DNA of 60,694 nucleotides from positions 1-60,694 of the forward strand of contig JAKAQT010000001.1 of assembly GCA_021819605.1 (NCBI GenBank). Direction: 5' to 3'. Made by a program: the position numbers and the translations under genes. Under the pieces are notes generated by a model. The model saw only the letters and a list, made by a program, of their open reading frames with translations. It was not told where the DNA came from and made no database searches. Each line of letters opens with the position of its first letter. The stretch's first letter is position 1. This stretch comes from Thermoplasmata archaeon (lineage in GTDB: Archaea > Thermoplasmatota > Thermoplasmata > Thermoplasmatales > Thermoplasmataceae). Shown here piece after piece: positions 8,834 through 19,772 of the stretch.

Positions 8834-11800
8834 TCAGTTCCCCTTTCTTGCCATCGAAGGATCCATGGCGTATTTCTGGCCATCAGGATCAGCAAGTATG
8901 AGGATTTTCCCGCGATCTGCCATTCTTCTGAGGGTCGATTCCATGGTCTTCCTCCTGATTCTGCTAGCCTTGCCTTTCTTCATAATTTCACGTATGCTTC
9001 TGTTTCTCATTTCCATTATAAGTTCTGTTGCGGCATCCTCATCTGCAGCATAGGCAAGCTGCCTGTATGCAACCACGGATACCGGGATCATGGCTGCCAG
9101 TGTCTCAGGAACGAATCCCAGGGTAAAAATCGTCCTGGTTGTGCTTCTCTCCTGGCCGTTAAAACGGACATCAAGATTCACCGTGTGGTACCCGGGAAGC
9201 AGAAAAATGCTCAATGAAGCCCCTCCATAGGATTGCCCGGATACAGTCCATGTGTATCTGAGGTTTTGAAGGTCAGCGCCACGGACAACAGGATGAAATT
9301 CTGCAAAACCTGATAGAATGCTGTACGCAATCCCTATGCCTGTTATCTGAGGATAGTATGTGACGTTTATTCCACTGATTTCTGTGCTGTTCATGTTTCC
9401 GCACATGTCCCTGGCTGTCAGGAATACGCTGTAGTTTCCGTCGGCATTGAAGTTCATGGTGACATTGCCCCTGCCTGTATACCCCGAATACAGGACTCTG
9501 GAATTGCTCATTTTGATCTCAATGTATGCCGGTACGGCATCCGTAACAGAAAAGGCCAGTGTGGTGGTGTTTGTGCCTGAGAGATTCAGGCCCGCAACTC
9601 TTACAGATATTGCAGGAGGCCGATCATAGCTGGCTACCCTGATGGCCTCCCTGGCAGAATTGTTCCAGAGGCTCCTGGCGTAAAGTGTCACGTTGTAGGT
9701 TGAATTTCCATAGGGTAAAGTTATTTTTCCGTCATCAGCAGGCTGGATTGCCCAGGATCTTCCGCTGCTTATGTTTGCTAAGATGGATACGTTGGCACTG
9801 TTCGCGTCCGGAAAATGCAACACAGTTGAATTTGTGTAGATGACGCGCTTCGGAAAAGAGGGCACAACCGGAATGGTGTTGTTCACGCTCCATGATAAGT
9901 TACTGTAGGAAATCAGGCCGCTCCTGCCAGTTGCCTCAAGATTCATGTGATAAGTGCCGTTCTCGTGGAACAGGCCGCTGTCCCGATCTAGGATAATATT
10001 CCAGTTTTTTCCTGTGACTTCCCACTCTCCAATCACATTGCCGCAATAAATGATGGATGTAGATATCCGTGATGTTACATTGCTGGTAACGTTGATTGTC
10101 ATGCTGTTAGTTGTCGAATCACCATAGAATGAAAGCATACGGGGCCCGGATGTGATCACACTCAGCATGGGCCGGAACGTCTCAATCCCAAAGCTCCTGG
10201 AACCAAGGAAAACAGTCTGGCCATCAAGAAGCGTTGCATTGAGTGACAGAACATAATTCCCGTTTGTCAGATTGAGAGTTGTCCGGTTGGTGTCAAGTTG
10301 ATATGAGAGATTCCTGGCGGCACCGCGGACATAAAGGTCGTAATATGAAACGTTTCCCACTCCTCCCCATTGTACAGTTATGTTGTTCCTGCTGTAGTAC
10401 GTTCCATTTGTTATGCCTATGGAGGTTATGCCTGAAATGCCCTTTATGGTGGTGTAGTTAAACCATCTGGAATGCACTATTCCGAAACTGTCTGTATAGT
10501 TTACCCAGAGGATCATATTTCCGGGACTGGAAGACACAAACAGGCCGAAATTCAGGTAATTTGTGGTGTACGTTCCGCCGTTCCATTCTACGCTTGTTGT
10601 GCCATTGCCAGAGGTGCCAGTTATATTTATGGTAAATCCCTGTGACTGGGAGATGTATGTCCCATTGCCTGGATTCACATATATGTCAGGTCTCTGGCTG
10701 TCAATTGAAACCTCTTCATAGGCTGAGGATGAATAACCGGCCATGTTTCTGGCTGTCACGGTAAGCCGGTATGTTCCGGTTGGAAAAAGGGAGGCATTGA
10801 TTGTGATGCTGCCGTTACTGGCCGCAAGGTCCGTCCCGCCAATGGCCGCATTCAGGCTGTATGTCAGGTTTGAATGCACAGAGTATCCCACAGTGGAATT
10901 GTGTGTTATTATTCCTGCCGGCTCCAGACTGATGCTTATGCCATCTGGAGACAGTGGCTCTGCGCTGCCGTAAAATATGTATATATCGCTGCCGGCAGCA
11001 AGTGTACCTGCGGAGGCATTTTCATCAATATAAACTCCTGTTATATTCTGAACAAAAATGTTGCTCATAATGGCATAATACGGGCTCAGGAACTCAGCCT
11101 GCCCTGAATCCATATGCAGTGCAGTGTCTCCGCTCCCTGACCAGGAGTTCAGGGTTCCATTGGTAATAAGCATCCGGCTGTAATTCTCAGGATCAAGCAA
11201 GAATGAATAATTTCCACTGGCCGTTGAGTTCATCAGAACTCCGTATATGCCGTCTGTTTCCCAGGCCAAGCCTGTGCTCACAACATTCCCGTTGAGCGTC
11301 TGCCCAGGAGACATGGTCATATTTAGTGTTTTACTGAGAATGAAATAACTGGTCTCCCCAGATGAGAGATTTAGATCCATTCCGGTAAGGTTCCCGTGTG
11401 ACTGGTTCACGGCCACAAGTGAGCTGTTCCTGCCCAGAGAGATATTGTATGATGTGGATGTCCTGCTTGTGAAATTAATTGCTACCAGTGAGAAGCGGGA
11501 AACCATTACAAAGCTGCCACCCAGAAAGAAGACTCCGGTGAAATAGGGAAAATGTCCATGGGAAAGTGCACTGGACACTGAAAGGTCTGTCAGGTTGATG
11601 GCAATCATATCCACTTCTGTACTGTTTCCACAGGCAATATATTCCATGTTGCCGGATACCGCAGAGACAAAGTTTCCTCCGGAGATTGGCTGTATCTGGG
11701 TCAGGATACCTGCAGTCTGGTTGGCGTAATTCCAGTATGAAACGGAAACGTTGCTGGAATACGCAACGAACAGGACATCGTTCAGTTCAGGGTCCAGTAC

Positions 11801-12607
11801 CGGGTTTGATGCGCTTCGAATGCCGTGGGTTACATTTCCGGACTGCTGCAACTCGTATGAATAGTTTCTGGACTGCAGCGGGCTAAAGCCTTCATTATGC
11901 CCGGTAACGTAGAGCCCATCCAGGGTGATGCTGCAGTTGCTCCCGCCGACCAGAAGGCTGAAATTACCGGGTTGCACTGTACTGTTGACCGATACAGTGA
12001 TGGGGAAATTCCCGGTTGAGTTGTATCCACTCTCAGCTGAAAAGAATACCTTGCCGGGATACAGGCTGTTCCATGATAATTCAACTGTCTGGAACGCGTC
12101 CATTGCTGGATCCTGCCCCAGATTCTGCATTGTTTTTCCGTAGATATACTGACGGGAGACGCCATTTTTCTGATCACCGGGACCAAAAAAGTAGTGGATG
12201 ATATTGCGGCCGCCCTGCATTATGGCTAGGTTGTCAATGGTTGTCAGCAGGTTTTCTGCATCACTCCATGAGTAAGTGATCTTCAGGCTTTCATTGGCTG
12301 TCCCGTTGAGATTTATGTAAAAATATTCCGGGCTGGATATGGGGGCGCTTGTATTGATATTGAATCCGGAAACTGGCGCTGCGCTTCCCTCAGCCATGTG
12401 TGAATAGGAATTGAGCGGTGTGTTGTCGAAGCTCACCCAGCTTGTGTTTGCAGGATACTGTCCAGATGAAATGGCCGTGAAGTTATAGTGGCCTGGGCTA
12501 CTGACGGGAGCTTGAATATTTGACCCTGATGAAACCTCGGACGTAAATACCGTAATCGGTATAAATAAACTTAATACTATTATAACTATTAATACCTTAA
12601 ATGCCAT
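8834..12607 (-). CDS. Large surface (glyco)protein with tandem Ig/PKD-like modules, a hydrophobic anchor and a basic C-terminal tail
   Basis: 1257 aa with an N-terminal signal/anchor (MAFKVLIVIIVLSLFIPITVFT). I hand-counted about 60 N-x-S/T sequons. A repeated G(T/N)Y-x-h-x-L-x-A-R/T motif recurs every 85-100 aa between aa 611 and 1148. A hydrophobic stretch at aa 1161-1186 is followed by a K/R-rich 70-aa tail. Confidence 0.8.
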   Translation of the reverse strand: MAFKVLIVIIVLSLFIPITVFTSEVSSGSNIQAPVSSPGHYNFTAISSGQYPANTSWVSFDNTPLNSYSHMAEGSAAPVSGFNINTSAPISSPEYFYINLNGTANESLKITYSWSDAENLLTTIDNLAIMQGGRNIIHYFFGPGDQKNGVSRQYIYGKTMQNLGQDPAMDAFQTVELSWNSLYPGKVFFSAESGYNSTGNFPITVSVNSTVQPGNFSLLVGGSNCSITLDGLYVTGHNEGFSPLQSRNYSYELQQSGNVTHGIRSASNPVLDPELNDVLFVAYSSNVSVSYWNYANQTAGILTQIQPISGGNFVSAVSGNMEYIACGNSTEVDMIAINLTDLSVSSALSHGHFPYFTGVFFLGGSFVMVSRFSLVAINFTSRTSTSYNISLGRNSSLVAVNQSHGNLTGMDLNLSSGETSYFILSKTLNMTMSPGQTLNGNVVSTGLAWETDGIYGVLMNSTASGNYSFLLDPENYSRMLITNGTLNSWSGSGDTALHMDSGQAEFLSPYYAIMSNIFVQNITGVYIDENASAGTLAAGSDIYIFYGSAEPLSPDGISISLEPAGIITHNSTVGYSVHSNLTYSLNAAIGGTDLAASNGSITINASLFPTGTYRLTVTARNMAGYSSSAYEEVSIDSQRPDIYVNPGNGTYISQSQGFTINITGTSGNGTTSVEWNGGTYTTNYLNFGLFVSSSPGNMILWVNYTDSFGIVHSRWFNYTTIKGISGITSIGITNGTYYSRNNITVQWGGVGNVSYYDLYVRGAARNLSYQLDTNRTTLNLTNGNYVLSLNATLLDGQTVFLGSRSFGIETFRPMLSVITSGPRMLSFYGDSTTNSMTINVTSNVTSRISTSIIYCGNVIGEWEVTGKNWNIILDRDSGLFHENGTYHMNLEATGRSGLISYSNLSWSVNNTIPVVPSFPKRVIYTNSTVLHFPDANSANVSILANISSGRSWAIQPADDGKITLPYGNSTYNVTLYARSLWNNSAREAIRVASYDRPPAISVRVAGLNLSGTNTTTLAFSVTDAVPAYIEIKMSNSRVLYSGYTGRGNVTMNFNADGNYSVFLTARDMCGNMNSTEISGINVTYYPQITGIGIAYSILSGFAEFHPVVRGADLQNLRYTWTVSGQSYGGASLSIFLLPGYHTVNLDVRFNGQERSTTRTIFTLGFVPETLAAMIPVSVVAYRQLAYAADEDAATELIMEMRNRSIREIMKKGKASRIRRKTMESTLRRMADRGKILILADPDGQKYAMDPSMARKGN

Positions 12608-12705
12608 AGATTAATGAATTACCCTTAAGGTATAAGTTATATAAAAAATATCCATGAACCACGTGAATTGAACTATTATATGCAGGCAGGCAATGGAGTA
12701 ATAAC
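12608..12705. promoter_or_regulatory. Divergent promoter region (surface protein gene / gap)
   Basis: AT-rich 98-nt spacer. TTATAT at 12676-12681 is centred about 27 nt upstream of the gap ATG (12706). On the minus strand, TTATAC at 12631-12636 and TTTTATATAA at 12638-12647 lie 25-40 nt upstream of the ATG at 12607. Confidence 0.4.
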
Positions 12706-13719
12706 ATGATCAAGGTAGGAATCAATGGTTATGGTACCATCGGCAGGAGAGTCGCTCAGGCAGTAAGATTGCAGAAGGACATGATTGTGACAGGCATAGT
12801 GAAAACAAGGCCGGATTATGTGGCCGAATCAGCCATGCATGATTTCAGGATATTTGCGGCTGATGCAAAATCGCTGGAATCGTTCAACAACTCTTCGCTG
12901 AAGGCATCCGGGACGCTGGAAGACCTCATATCTGATTCCGATATAATTGTGGATGCAACTCCTGAAGGAATGGGCAGGAAGAATATTGAAACCTACAGGA
13001 AGAATGGACTCAAGGCCATCTTCCAGGGAGGCGAGGATCATGAGATCGCCCAGGCCTCATTCAATGCATACTCAAATTTCATGGATTCCTGGGGAAAGGA
13101 CTACGTCAGGGTTGTATCATGCAACACCACGGCCCTGGCCAGGACCGTGACATCTGTCCGGAAATCATTTGGTGTGAAGCACGTAAGTGCCACGCTCATA
13201 AGAAGGGCCACAGACCCAAATGACAGCTCAAAGGGGCCCATAAACGCACTGGAGCCAAGCCTGAAATTTCCGTCACACCACGCCCCCGATCTGCAGACAG
13301 TCATTGGCAATGTTGATGTCGACACTGTGGCCATAAAGGCACCCACCACACTGATGCATGTCCATGTTGTGAGCATTGATCTGGAAAAACAGGCGGACCA
13401 GAAGCAGGTCATGGCCGAGATGGGCAGGTACAGGCGCATTATGCTGGTGTCCGGCAAATCTGGCCTCACGTCCACTGCGCAGATAATGGACATGGCCAGG
13501 GAGATGGGCAGATCCCGGTCTGATCTTTATGAAATAGCAGTGTGGAAGGAAAGCGTAAACTTAAAAGGTACGAAACTCAATTACATACAGGCAGTTCATC
13601 AGGAAAGCGATGTGGTACCCGAAAATGTGGACGCAATCAGGGCCATGTTCCAGTTAATGGATGATGAAAAATCCATTTCTGAGACTGATAAGACGCTGAA
13701 TATTGGAAAAAGGGTGTAA
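12706..13719 (+). CDS. gap: Glyceraldehyde-3-phosphate dehydrogenase, archaeal type
   Basis: 337 aa. It contains [17 protein letters not shown] (Rossmann fold), the active-site [11 protein letters not shown], and HHAPD, all characteristic of archaeal phosphorylating GAPDH. Confidence 0.92.
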   Translation: MIKVGINGYGTIGRRVAQAVRLQKDMIVTGIVKTRPDYVAESAMHDFRIFAADAKSLESFNNSSLKASGTLEDLISDSDIIVDATPEGMGRKNIETYRKNGLKAIFQGGEDHEIAQASFNAYSNFMDSWGKDYVRVVSCNTTALARTVTSVRKSFGVKHVSATLIRRATDPNDSSKGPINALEPSLKFPSHHAPDLQTVIGNVDVDTVAIKAPTTLMHVHVVSIDLEKQADQKQVMAEMGRYRRIMLVSGKSGLTSTAQIMDMAREMGRSRSDLYEIAVWKESVNLKGTKLNYIQAVHQESDVVPENVDAIRAMFQLMDDEKSISETDKTLNIGKRV

Positions 13720-13721
13720 CA

Positions 13722-14687
13722 ATGGTTGAAAGCAAGGAGCAGAAGAAATACACAATAGAGGATTTGCCCGGAGTGGGAGAAGCAACAGCAGAGAAACTTA
13801 GAGAGAATGGTTACGATGACGTTATGACCATAGCCGTTGCATCCCCCAAGGATCTTTCGGATGTTGCAGGCATCGCTGAGGGAAATGCATCAAAGATAAT
13901 AGCCGCTGCCAGGAAATATGCGGATGTTGGCAATTTCGAGACCGGCGAAGAAATACTCGAGCGCAGGAGGGAAGTGAAGAAACTCACCACAGGCAGCAAG
14001 AATCTCGACAACCTCCTAGGTGGTGGATTCGAGACGCAGTCCATAACGGAATTCTTCGGTGAATTCGGATCGGGCAAGACCCAGATCATGCACCAGGCCG
14101 CCGTGAATGCAACAATGCCCGTGGAAAATGGTGGCTTTGATTCAGACGTCCTGATCATAGATACTGAGAACACATTCAGGCCGGAGAGAATCATTCAGAT
14201 GTCCAAGTTCAGGGGGCTTGATCCGGAAAAGGTCCTGAAGCGCATCCATGTGGCAAGGGCCTACAACTCGCATCACCAGATACTCCTTGCTGAAAGGGCA
14301 TCGGAACTTGCCAAGGAATTCCCAATCAAGCTTCTTATAGTGGATTCCCTGACATCACATTTCAGATCGGAATACATGGGAAGGGGCTCACTGGCAGAGA
14401 GGCAGCAGCTTCTTAACAGGCATATGCACGACCTTCTGAAATTCGGTACAATATATAACGCCGTTATAACGGTGACAAACCAGGTTTCGGCCAGGCCGGA
14501 CGTGTTCTTTGGGGACCCAACTGCGCCAATTGGCGGAAATGTTGTGGGGCACACCGCAACGTTCAGGATATATCTCAGGAAGAGTAAGGGGGGCAAGAGA
14601 ATTGCCAGGCTCATCGATTCGCCCTATCTTCCTGAAGGGGAGACAGTAATCCAGATCTCCGAGGATGGAGTAATAGATGGAGTGTAA
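13722..14687 (+). CDS. radA: DNA repair and recombination protein RadA
   Basis: 321 aa. It has an N-terminal HhH ([19 protein letters not shown]), Walker A (GEFGSGKTQ) and Walker B (LLIVDS). Confidence 0.95.
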   Translation: MVESKEQKKYTIEDLPGVGEATAEKLRENGYDDVMTIAVASPKDLSDVAGIAEGNASKIIAAARKYADVGNFETGEEILERRREVKKLTTGSKNLDNLLGGGFETQSITEFFGEFGSGKTQIMHQAAVNATMPVENGGFDSDVLIIDTENTFRPERIIQMSKFRGLDPEKVLKRIHVARAYNSHHQILLAERASELAKEFPIKLLIVDSLTSHFRSEYMGRGSLAERQQLLNRHMHDLLKFGTIYNAVITVTNQVSARPDVFFGDPTAPIGGNVVGHTATFRIYLRKSKGGKRIARLIDSPYLPEGETVIQISEDGVIDGV

Positions 14688-14700
14688 ATAAGACTGGAAA

Positions 14701-15216
14701 ATGTGGAAATACATAAACGACAACTTTGCAAGATACCCTTCACAGATAAAGGTGCTGAGAAAGCTGATCTCACTCGGCTTATCCGTGAGGAAAGATCATG
14801 AGAATATGCCCAGGGTTTACTGCGGCGACGTGGAGGTTAAGGCCTCCGCCATTGCCCAGGCACTGGGCGTTGACAGGAGGGCTGTCATTGAGATACTGGG
14901 CAAGATAATCGGCGATCCTGAGCTTTCCAACTTCTACTCACAGTTGAAGCCTGTTCCTGATTTCTCGATGGTAAGCTCAAGGCTTGGCATGGGCGTGATT
15001 CAGATAGTTCCGACTTCTGCAACACAGCCCGGCATAATTTCAGGGGTCTCACAGGTAATTGCCAGGGAAAGCATCAGCATAAGGCAGGTCATTGTTGACG
15101 ATCCTGAGCTTGTGGACAGTCCAAGGGCTACAATAGTTACGGACAGCCCAATCCCGGGGCACCTCCTGTCTGACCTGAAGAAGATTCCCGGCGTTGAAGC
15201 TGTGGTGATACTCTAG
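14701..15216 (+). CDS. Predicted regulator with N-terminal wHTH-like and C-terminal ACT-like domains (COG2150-type)
   Basis: 171 aa. The layout and the GMGVIQIVP...PGIISGV...ISIRQVIVDDPE segments resemble the archaeal 'regulator of amino acid metabolism, contains ACT domain' family as I recall it. Confidence 0.55.
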   Translation: MWKYINDNFARYPSQIKVLRKLISLGLSVRKDHENMPRVYCGDVEVKASAIAQALGVDRRAVIEILGKIIGDPELSNFYSQLKPVPDFSMVSSRLGMGVIQIVPTSATQPGIISGVSQVIARESISIRQVIVDDPELVDSPRATIVTDSPIPGHLLSDLKKIPGVEAVVIL

Positions 15217-16301
15217 GAATACTCCAGGAAATCAAGGATATTTCCGCCATACATAATGTCAATCAGCGCATCAATCCTGTCTTTAACCTCACCTGCTGAA
15301 CTGGCAACAACATTCACATGGCCAACTTTCCTTCTCTTCTTGGCATTGTCTTTTCCGTACCAGTAGATCTGGGTTCCCGGTATTTCAAGAATCCTGTTCT
15401 TCAGTTCTTCGCTGATCTGTCTTCCTATTATATTCACTATGCCGGATGCAGACAGTAATTCCGGTTCCGGTACAGGAAGCCCTGCTATGGCCCTGATATG
15501 CTGTTCGAACTGGGATATGGTGGACCCCAGCAGAGTGTGGTGCCCAGAGTTGTGGACCCTGGGGGAAAACTCATTAATTATGGGCTTCCCTTCCCTGATG
15601 AAGAATTCAATCCCCATGACACCGGTGTAATCCAGTTTCTCAAGGAGTTTCATGGCAACATCTTTCATACCGGTATCGGGGAACGGGGCTACGTTGTAGA
15701 CCAGCATTCCCTTCATGTTCACGTTCAGGGAAGCCGTATGGAAAGCCATCTTTCCGTGGATATCCCTGGATGCTATGACTGATGCTTCCTGGCTGAAGTC
15801 CACGAATTCCTCCAGCACATATTTGCCCTCCGGCATCTCCTCAGGAATACTGCCGGGTGACACGGGATACTGGCCCTTGCCGTCATATCCACCCATGGCC
15901 GATTTTGCTATTGATCGATCAAACTCCTTGGAAGCTTTCCTGAGTTCCTCAGGGCTGTTCACAACAGTGAAAGGCGCCACCGGCAGGCTGGCATCTCGCA
16001 GGAATTCCTTTTCGAGGGACCGGTCCCTCTTGAGCCTTATGGGGAGCATCCCCGGCCTCAGTTTTCCCATGGAATCAGCATAATCAAGAACCCTGTCGTC
16101 AACATGCTCGAACTCGTATGTCACAACGTCTGATGAATCAACAAAATCCCTGTACTGGGGGTAGGTGAAGCCATGATCCGAGATGCGCACGCCCGGCTTT
16201 GAGAAATCTGAATCAATGCTGTTGAATCCGTATCCCAGCTTCCGCCCTTCCAGCACCATCATCCAGCCCAGCTGACCGCCGCCGATTATGCCTACGTTCA
16301 T
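15213..16301 (-). CDS. purK: N5-carboxyaminoimidazole ribonucleotide synthase (ATP-grasp)
   Basis: 362 aa. It begins [15 protein letters not shown], has ATP-grasp segments, and ends with the PurK-like GHVNV. Its start overlaps the purE stop codon by 4 nt. Confidence 0.88.
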   Translation of the reverse strand: MNVGIIGGGQLGWMMVLEGRKLGYGFNSIDSDFSKPGVRISDHGFTYPQYRDFVDSSDVVTYEFEHVDDRVLDYADSMGKLRPGMLPIRLKRDRSLEKEFLRDASLPVAPFTVVNSPEELRKASKEFDRSIAKSAMGGYDGKGQYPVSPGSIPEEMPEGKYVLEEFVDFSQEASVIASRDIHGKMAFHTASLNVNMKGMLVYNVAPFPDTGMKDVAMKLLEKLDYTGVMGIEFFIREGKPIINEFSPRVHNSGHHTLLGSTISQFEQHIRAIAGLPVPEPELLSASGIVNIIGRQISEELKNRILEIPGTQIYWYGKDNAKKRRKVGHVNVVASSAGEVKDRIDALIDIMYGGNILDFLEYS

Positions 16302-16771
16302 TCCAGCTTTTCACCCAGGACCTTCTTTGTCTGGTTTTCCATGAACTTCCTTACCTTCTCAGCAACTTCAGGATACTTTATGCCTAGAATCCTTGCAGCC
16401 AGCAGTGCCGCATTCCTTGATCCACCTATTGCTACAGTTGCCACAGGAATTCCTGCAGGCATCTGCACTATGGACAGGAGTGAATCAATGCCGTTCAGGC
16501 TCCTTGTCTGGATGGGAACGCCTATTACAGGAAGTGGGGTGAGCGCTGCGGTCATACCCGGAAGGTGTGCGGATCCGCCGGCCCCGGCTATGATGACCTC
16601 AATCCCTCTTGACTGGGCGCTCTTTGCATATTCATACATAAGATCAGGTGTCCTGTGCGCAGAAACTATCCTGTATTCGACCTCAATTCCCAGTTCGCCC
16701 AGGACGGTTATGGCATCCCTCATGTGATCGAAATCGCTGCTGCTGCCCATGATTACTCCAACTTTTGCCAT
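16298..16771 (-). CDS. purE: N5-carboxyaminoimidazole ribonucleotide mutase
   Basis: 157 aa. [20 protein letters not shown] and [11 protein letters not shown] are classic PurE motifs. Confidence 0.93.
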   Translation of the reverse strand: MAKVGVIMGSSSDFDHMRDAITVLGELGIEVEYRIVSAHRTPDLMYEYAKSAQSRGIEVIIAGAGGSAHLPGMTAALTPLPVIGVPIQTRSLNGIDSLLSIVQMPAGIPVATVAIGGSRNAALLAARILGIKYPEVAEKVRKFMENQTKKVLGEKLE

Positions 16772-16832
16772 GCTTAGAAATTTGCAGATGGTATAAAAGG
16801 GATTGCAGATTCCATCACGGCGGGTTCAGCCA

Positions 16833-17927
16833 TCAGAGAGTTTGGTTTGAGTTTCCGGCCAGTTCCAGCACTTCCTCCGTAGTTATGACCCTGTGTCCTG
16901 TGGCCTTCCGTATCCTGTTCATGATTGCCAGGCCGTATCCATTTTCTGGGAATGGATGAATCACGGCCATGTTAAAATCGCTCCGGTCAAGCTCCCTGAA
17001 AGCAGAGAACAGATTGTGTCCGACCTGCCTGAGATCATTCATGCTCCCAAGCCTGAGGCACTGATCTTTACTGCATACCTCATCAGCACCCATAGCAAGA
17101 ATTCCCAGATGGCCAAGGTCAAGGTCCAAAAGCCTCCTGAAATCCTCCATGCTGTTCATGAGGAAGAATGGCTTTTCCGGTGCGTAGTGCCTGTACTTCA
17201 TGCCAGGTGTTATGGCCACATTGCTCTCCACTGTGCCCCTTGCCGCATCGGATATTTCAATGCTCCCGAAAACCTCCTGCAGACTCTCAACAGTTGTTGA
17301 CCCCGCCCTGAGCAGCCTTGGAGGCGTCGTGGTGAGATCAAGTATTGTGGATTCCACCCCGAAGCTGGTCTTCCCTGAATCGTAAATGAGATCAACCCTT
17401 CCGGACATTTCCCGGACGGCATCCTGTGAATCCGTTATACTGGGCCTGGTGGACAGGTTTGCGCTTGGGGCAGCTATGGGCACGCCTGAGGCAGATATAA
17501 GTTCCAGCGCCAGCCTGTTGTCCGGCATCCTCACTGCAACAGTCGGCTGTCCTGCGGATACGGCGGCAGGAACAACATCGGTCTTCTCAAGCAGCACAGT
17601 GAGGGGTCCGGGCCAGAAGTGCGCCAGCCTCTGCCTGACACTGGAATCCGGAAGAACAGCTATGCCATCAAGCATTTCAAGTGAGGATATGTGAAGTATG
17701 AGCGGGTTGTCCGCAGGCCTGTTCTTGGCTGTGAATATCTTCAGGCATGCGTCCTGGTCAAGTCCGTTGGCACCCAAACCGTAGACAGTTTCGGTGGGGA
17801 AGATCACTGTGCCTCCGGCAAGAATTACAGCAGCACCTGACTTAACAGCCTCCGGATCAGGATTATCCTGATCGGCCTTGACTATGCGGGTATGGAGTGG
17901 CATCATCCGCAGATGATTCCCTGACAT
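16833..17927 (-). CDS. sua5: L-threonylcarbamoyladenylate synthase Sua5/TsaC (YrdC plus Sua5 domains)
   Basis: The YrdC-domain core is GGTVIFPTETVYGLGANGLD...KIFTAKNRPADNPLILHI, followed by a C-terminal Sua5 domain. The track ORF extends to 18305, but that extension is antisense to poxB. I start at ATG 17927; ATG 17906 or 17903 are equally possible. Confidence 0.85.
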   Translation of the reverse strand: MSGNHLRMMPLHTRIVKADQDNPDPEAVKSGAAVILAGGTVIFPTETVYGLGANGLDQDACLKIFTAKNRPADNPLILHISSLEMLDGIAVLPDSSVRQRLAHFWPGPLTVLLEKTDVVPAAVSAGQPTVAVRMPDNRLALELISASGVPIAAPSANLSTRPSITDSQDAVREMSGRVDLIYDSGKTSFGVESTILDLTTTPPRLLRAGSTTVESLQEVFGSIEISDAARGTVESNVAITPGMKYRHYAPEKPFFLMNSMEDFRRLLDLDLGHLGILAMGADEVCSKDQCLRLGSMNDLRQVGHNLFSAFRELDRSDFNMAVIHPFPENGYGLAIMNRIRKATGHRVITTEEVLELAGNSNQTL

Positions 17928-18060
17928 ATTACCTTGACCATTCAATGATGATTCCACGGAACGTACGGAAGCAATGTAAAGGGCGTTTCGCACTGCAGCG
18001 GCTGCCGTATACTGGAATGAAACTGCAAAGGTTAAACTATGAAGAGGGGCATGTTGACCC

Positions 18061-19713
18061 ATGACGACGGTAGCAGAATTGATAGTAGATGCCCTGGTGA
18101 AATCCGGAGTGAAGAGGATATACGGATTGCCAGGGGATTCCCTGAATCCCCTCATGGATGCCATAAGAAGGAACACAGCCATTGAGTTCATACAGGTCAG
18201 GCACGAGGAGGGCGCTGCTCTGGCTGCATCATTTGAAGCAAAGTATACCGGTGACATTGCAGTGTGCATGGGCACTTCCGGACCCGGCTCAATACATCTT
18301 CTCAACGGACTTTATGATGCAAAGATGGAGGCCTCTCCGGTTCTGGCACTGACCGGTCAGATAGAGACGGACTTGATTGGGACAGATTATTTCCAGGAGG
18401 TTGACATGATGCATCTGTACAGCGATGTTTCTGTATTCCAGGCAAGAATAATAAATCCTGATTCCGCGGGACACCTGGTAAAAAGAGCCATATTCGAGGC
18501 ACGCACACATCCGGGAGTTACTCACCTTGATCTTCCGGTGGACATACTGAGATCGCAGGCGAAACTGCAGGATGACTATGGCATGACAGAGAGGCCTGCA
18601 GTCACCATGGAACCCGATCTGGGGGATATAGGGAAAGCAATCGACCAGAGCCAGCGTCCTGTAATAATGTACGGCCGTGGAGCAGCTGGATGTGCGGATG
18701 GCCTCAAGGATCTATCAACAAGAATCGGGGCACCTCTCATATATGCACTGAACGGCAAGGGGATACTTTCTGACATGGACCCACGTGTTATGGGGGGACT
18801 GGGACTTCTGGGCACCAAACCTTCAGTTGCTGCCATGAAGAAGGCCGATCTGGTCATACTCATAGGCACATCCTTCCCCTATGTGCAATTCCTTCCGGAT
18901 GGCGTGAAGTTCATACAGGTGGATTCAAACCCTCTGAAGATTGGTAAGAGGGTCAAGCCGGATCTTTACTGTGTATGCCATGCTGATATATTCCTGAAAA
19001 AATTGAAGGTTCAGGAGAAGCAGAAGAAATACTATGATGATCTGTCCCAGGAGAAGGAGAAATGGCTTGAAAGCCTTAAAACGGCTGAGGGAGGAACCAC
19101 GGATCCCATAAAACCTGAGGCAGTTGTTTCTGCGGTTTCCAGCAAGCTTGAGAACAATGCAGTCATTGTTGCAGACACGGGCAACGTAACTGTCTGGGCA
19201 GCACGTAATCTCAGGCTTAAGGAGGGACACAGGTTCCTGTTCTCATCATGGCTGGGAACAATGGGGGCAGGGGTTCCAGGTGCAATAGGCACATCATTTG
19301 CCTCTGGAAGACCAGTGCTGGCCATAGTGGGAGACGGTAGTTTCGCCATGACTATGATGGAACTCATAACCGCAAGGAAGTATTCAAGGCCTGTGAAATA
19401 CATAGTTTTCAACAACTCAAAGCTTGGCATGATCAAGTTTGAGGAAGAGGTCATGGGATACCCGGAATTCGGGGTTGATCTTTACAACCCTGATTTCGAG
19501 GCCCTTGCAAAGAGCATTGAAATCGAGGCATTCACTGCTAGGAAAGCTTCTGAACTTGACGCTGCCCTGACAGAACTTATGGCAGCAAAGGGTCCTGCAG
19601 TGCTGAATGTTTTTGTGGATTCCGATGAGAGGCCCATGCCACCAAAAATAAACCTGGAGCAGGCAAAGGGATACGTGACTTCAATACTCAGGGAGAAATT
19701 CAGCGGAATCTGA
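18061..19713 (+). CDS. poxB: Thiamine-diphosphate-dependent pyruvate oxidase / pyruvate:quinone oxidoreductase-like enzyme
   Basis: 550 aa. The N-terminal TPP pyrimidine-binding domain (VKRIYGLPGDSLNPLMDA...VRHEEGAALAA) and the C-terminal GDGSF...NN TPP motif (IVGDGSFAMTMMEL...VFNNSKLG) fit PoxB better than acetolactate synthase. Confidence 0.75.
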   Translation: MTTVAELIVDALVKSGVKRIYGLPGDSLNPLMDAIRRNTAIEFIQVRHEEGAALAASFEAKYTGDIAVCMGTSGPGSIHLLNGLYDAKMEASPVLALTGQIETDLIGTDYFQEVDMMHLYSDVSVFQARIINPDSAGHLVKRAIFEARTHPGVTHLDLPVDILRSQAKLQDDYGMTERPAVTMEPDLGDIGKAIDQSQRPVIMYGRGAAGCADGLKDLSTRIGAPLIYALNGKGILSDMDPRVMGGLGLLGTKPSVAAMKKADLVILIGTSFPYVQFLPDGVKFIQVDSNPLKIGKRVKPDLYCVCHADIFLKKLKVQEKQKKYYDDLSQEKEKWLESLKTAEGGTTDPIKPEAVVSAVSSKLENNAVIVADTGNVTVWAARNLRLKEGHRFLFSSWLGTMGAGVPGAIGTSFASGRPVLAIVGDGSFAMTMMELITARKYSRPVKYIVFNNSKLGMIKFEEEVMGYPEFGVDLYNPDFEALAKSIEIEAFTARKASELDAALTELMAAKGPAVLNVFVDSDERPMPPKINLEQAKGYVTSILREKFSGI

Positions 19714-19772
19714 TTTTTATGGACTGAACCTCCCGAATCATTTATTAATTCAAAGATACTTTGCAGAATTGC

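Noticed and set aside
17928-18305. 126-aa N-terminal extension of the Sua5 ORF in the track
   Set aside because: The extension is antisense to the first 245 nt of the poxB-like gene and has no YrdC-family similarity. Internal ATGs at 17927, 17906 and 17903 give a normal-length Sua5.
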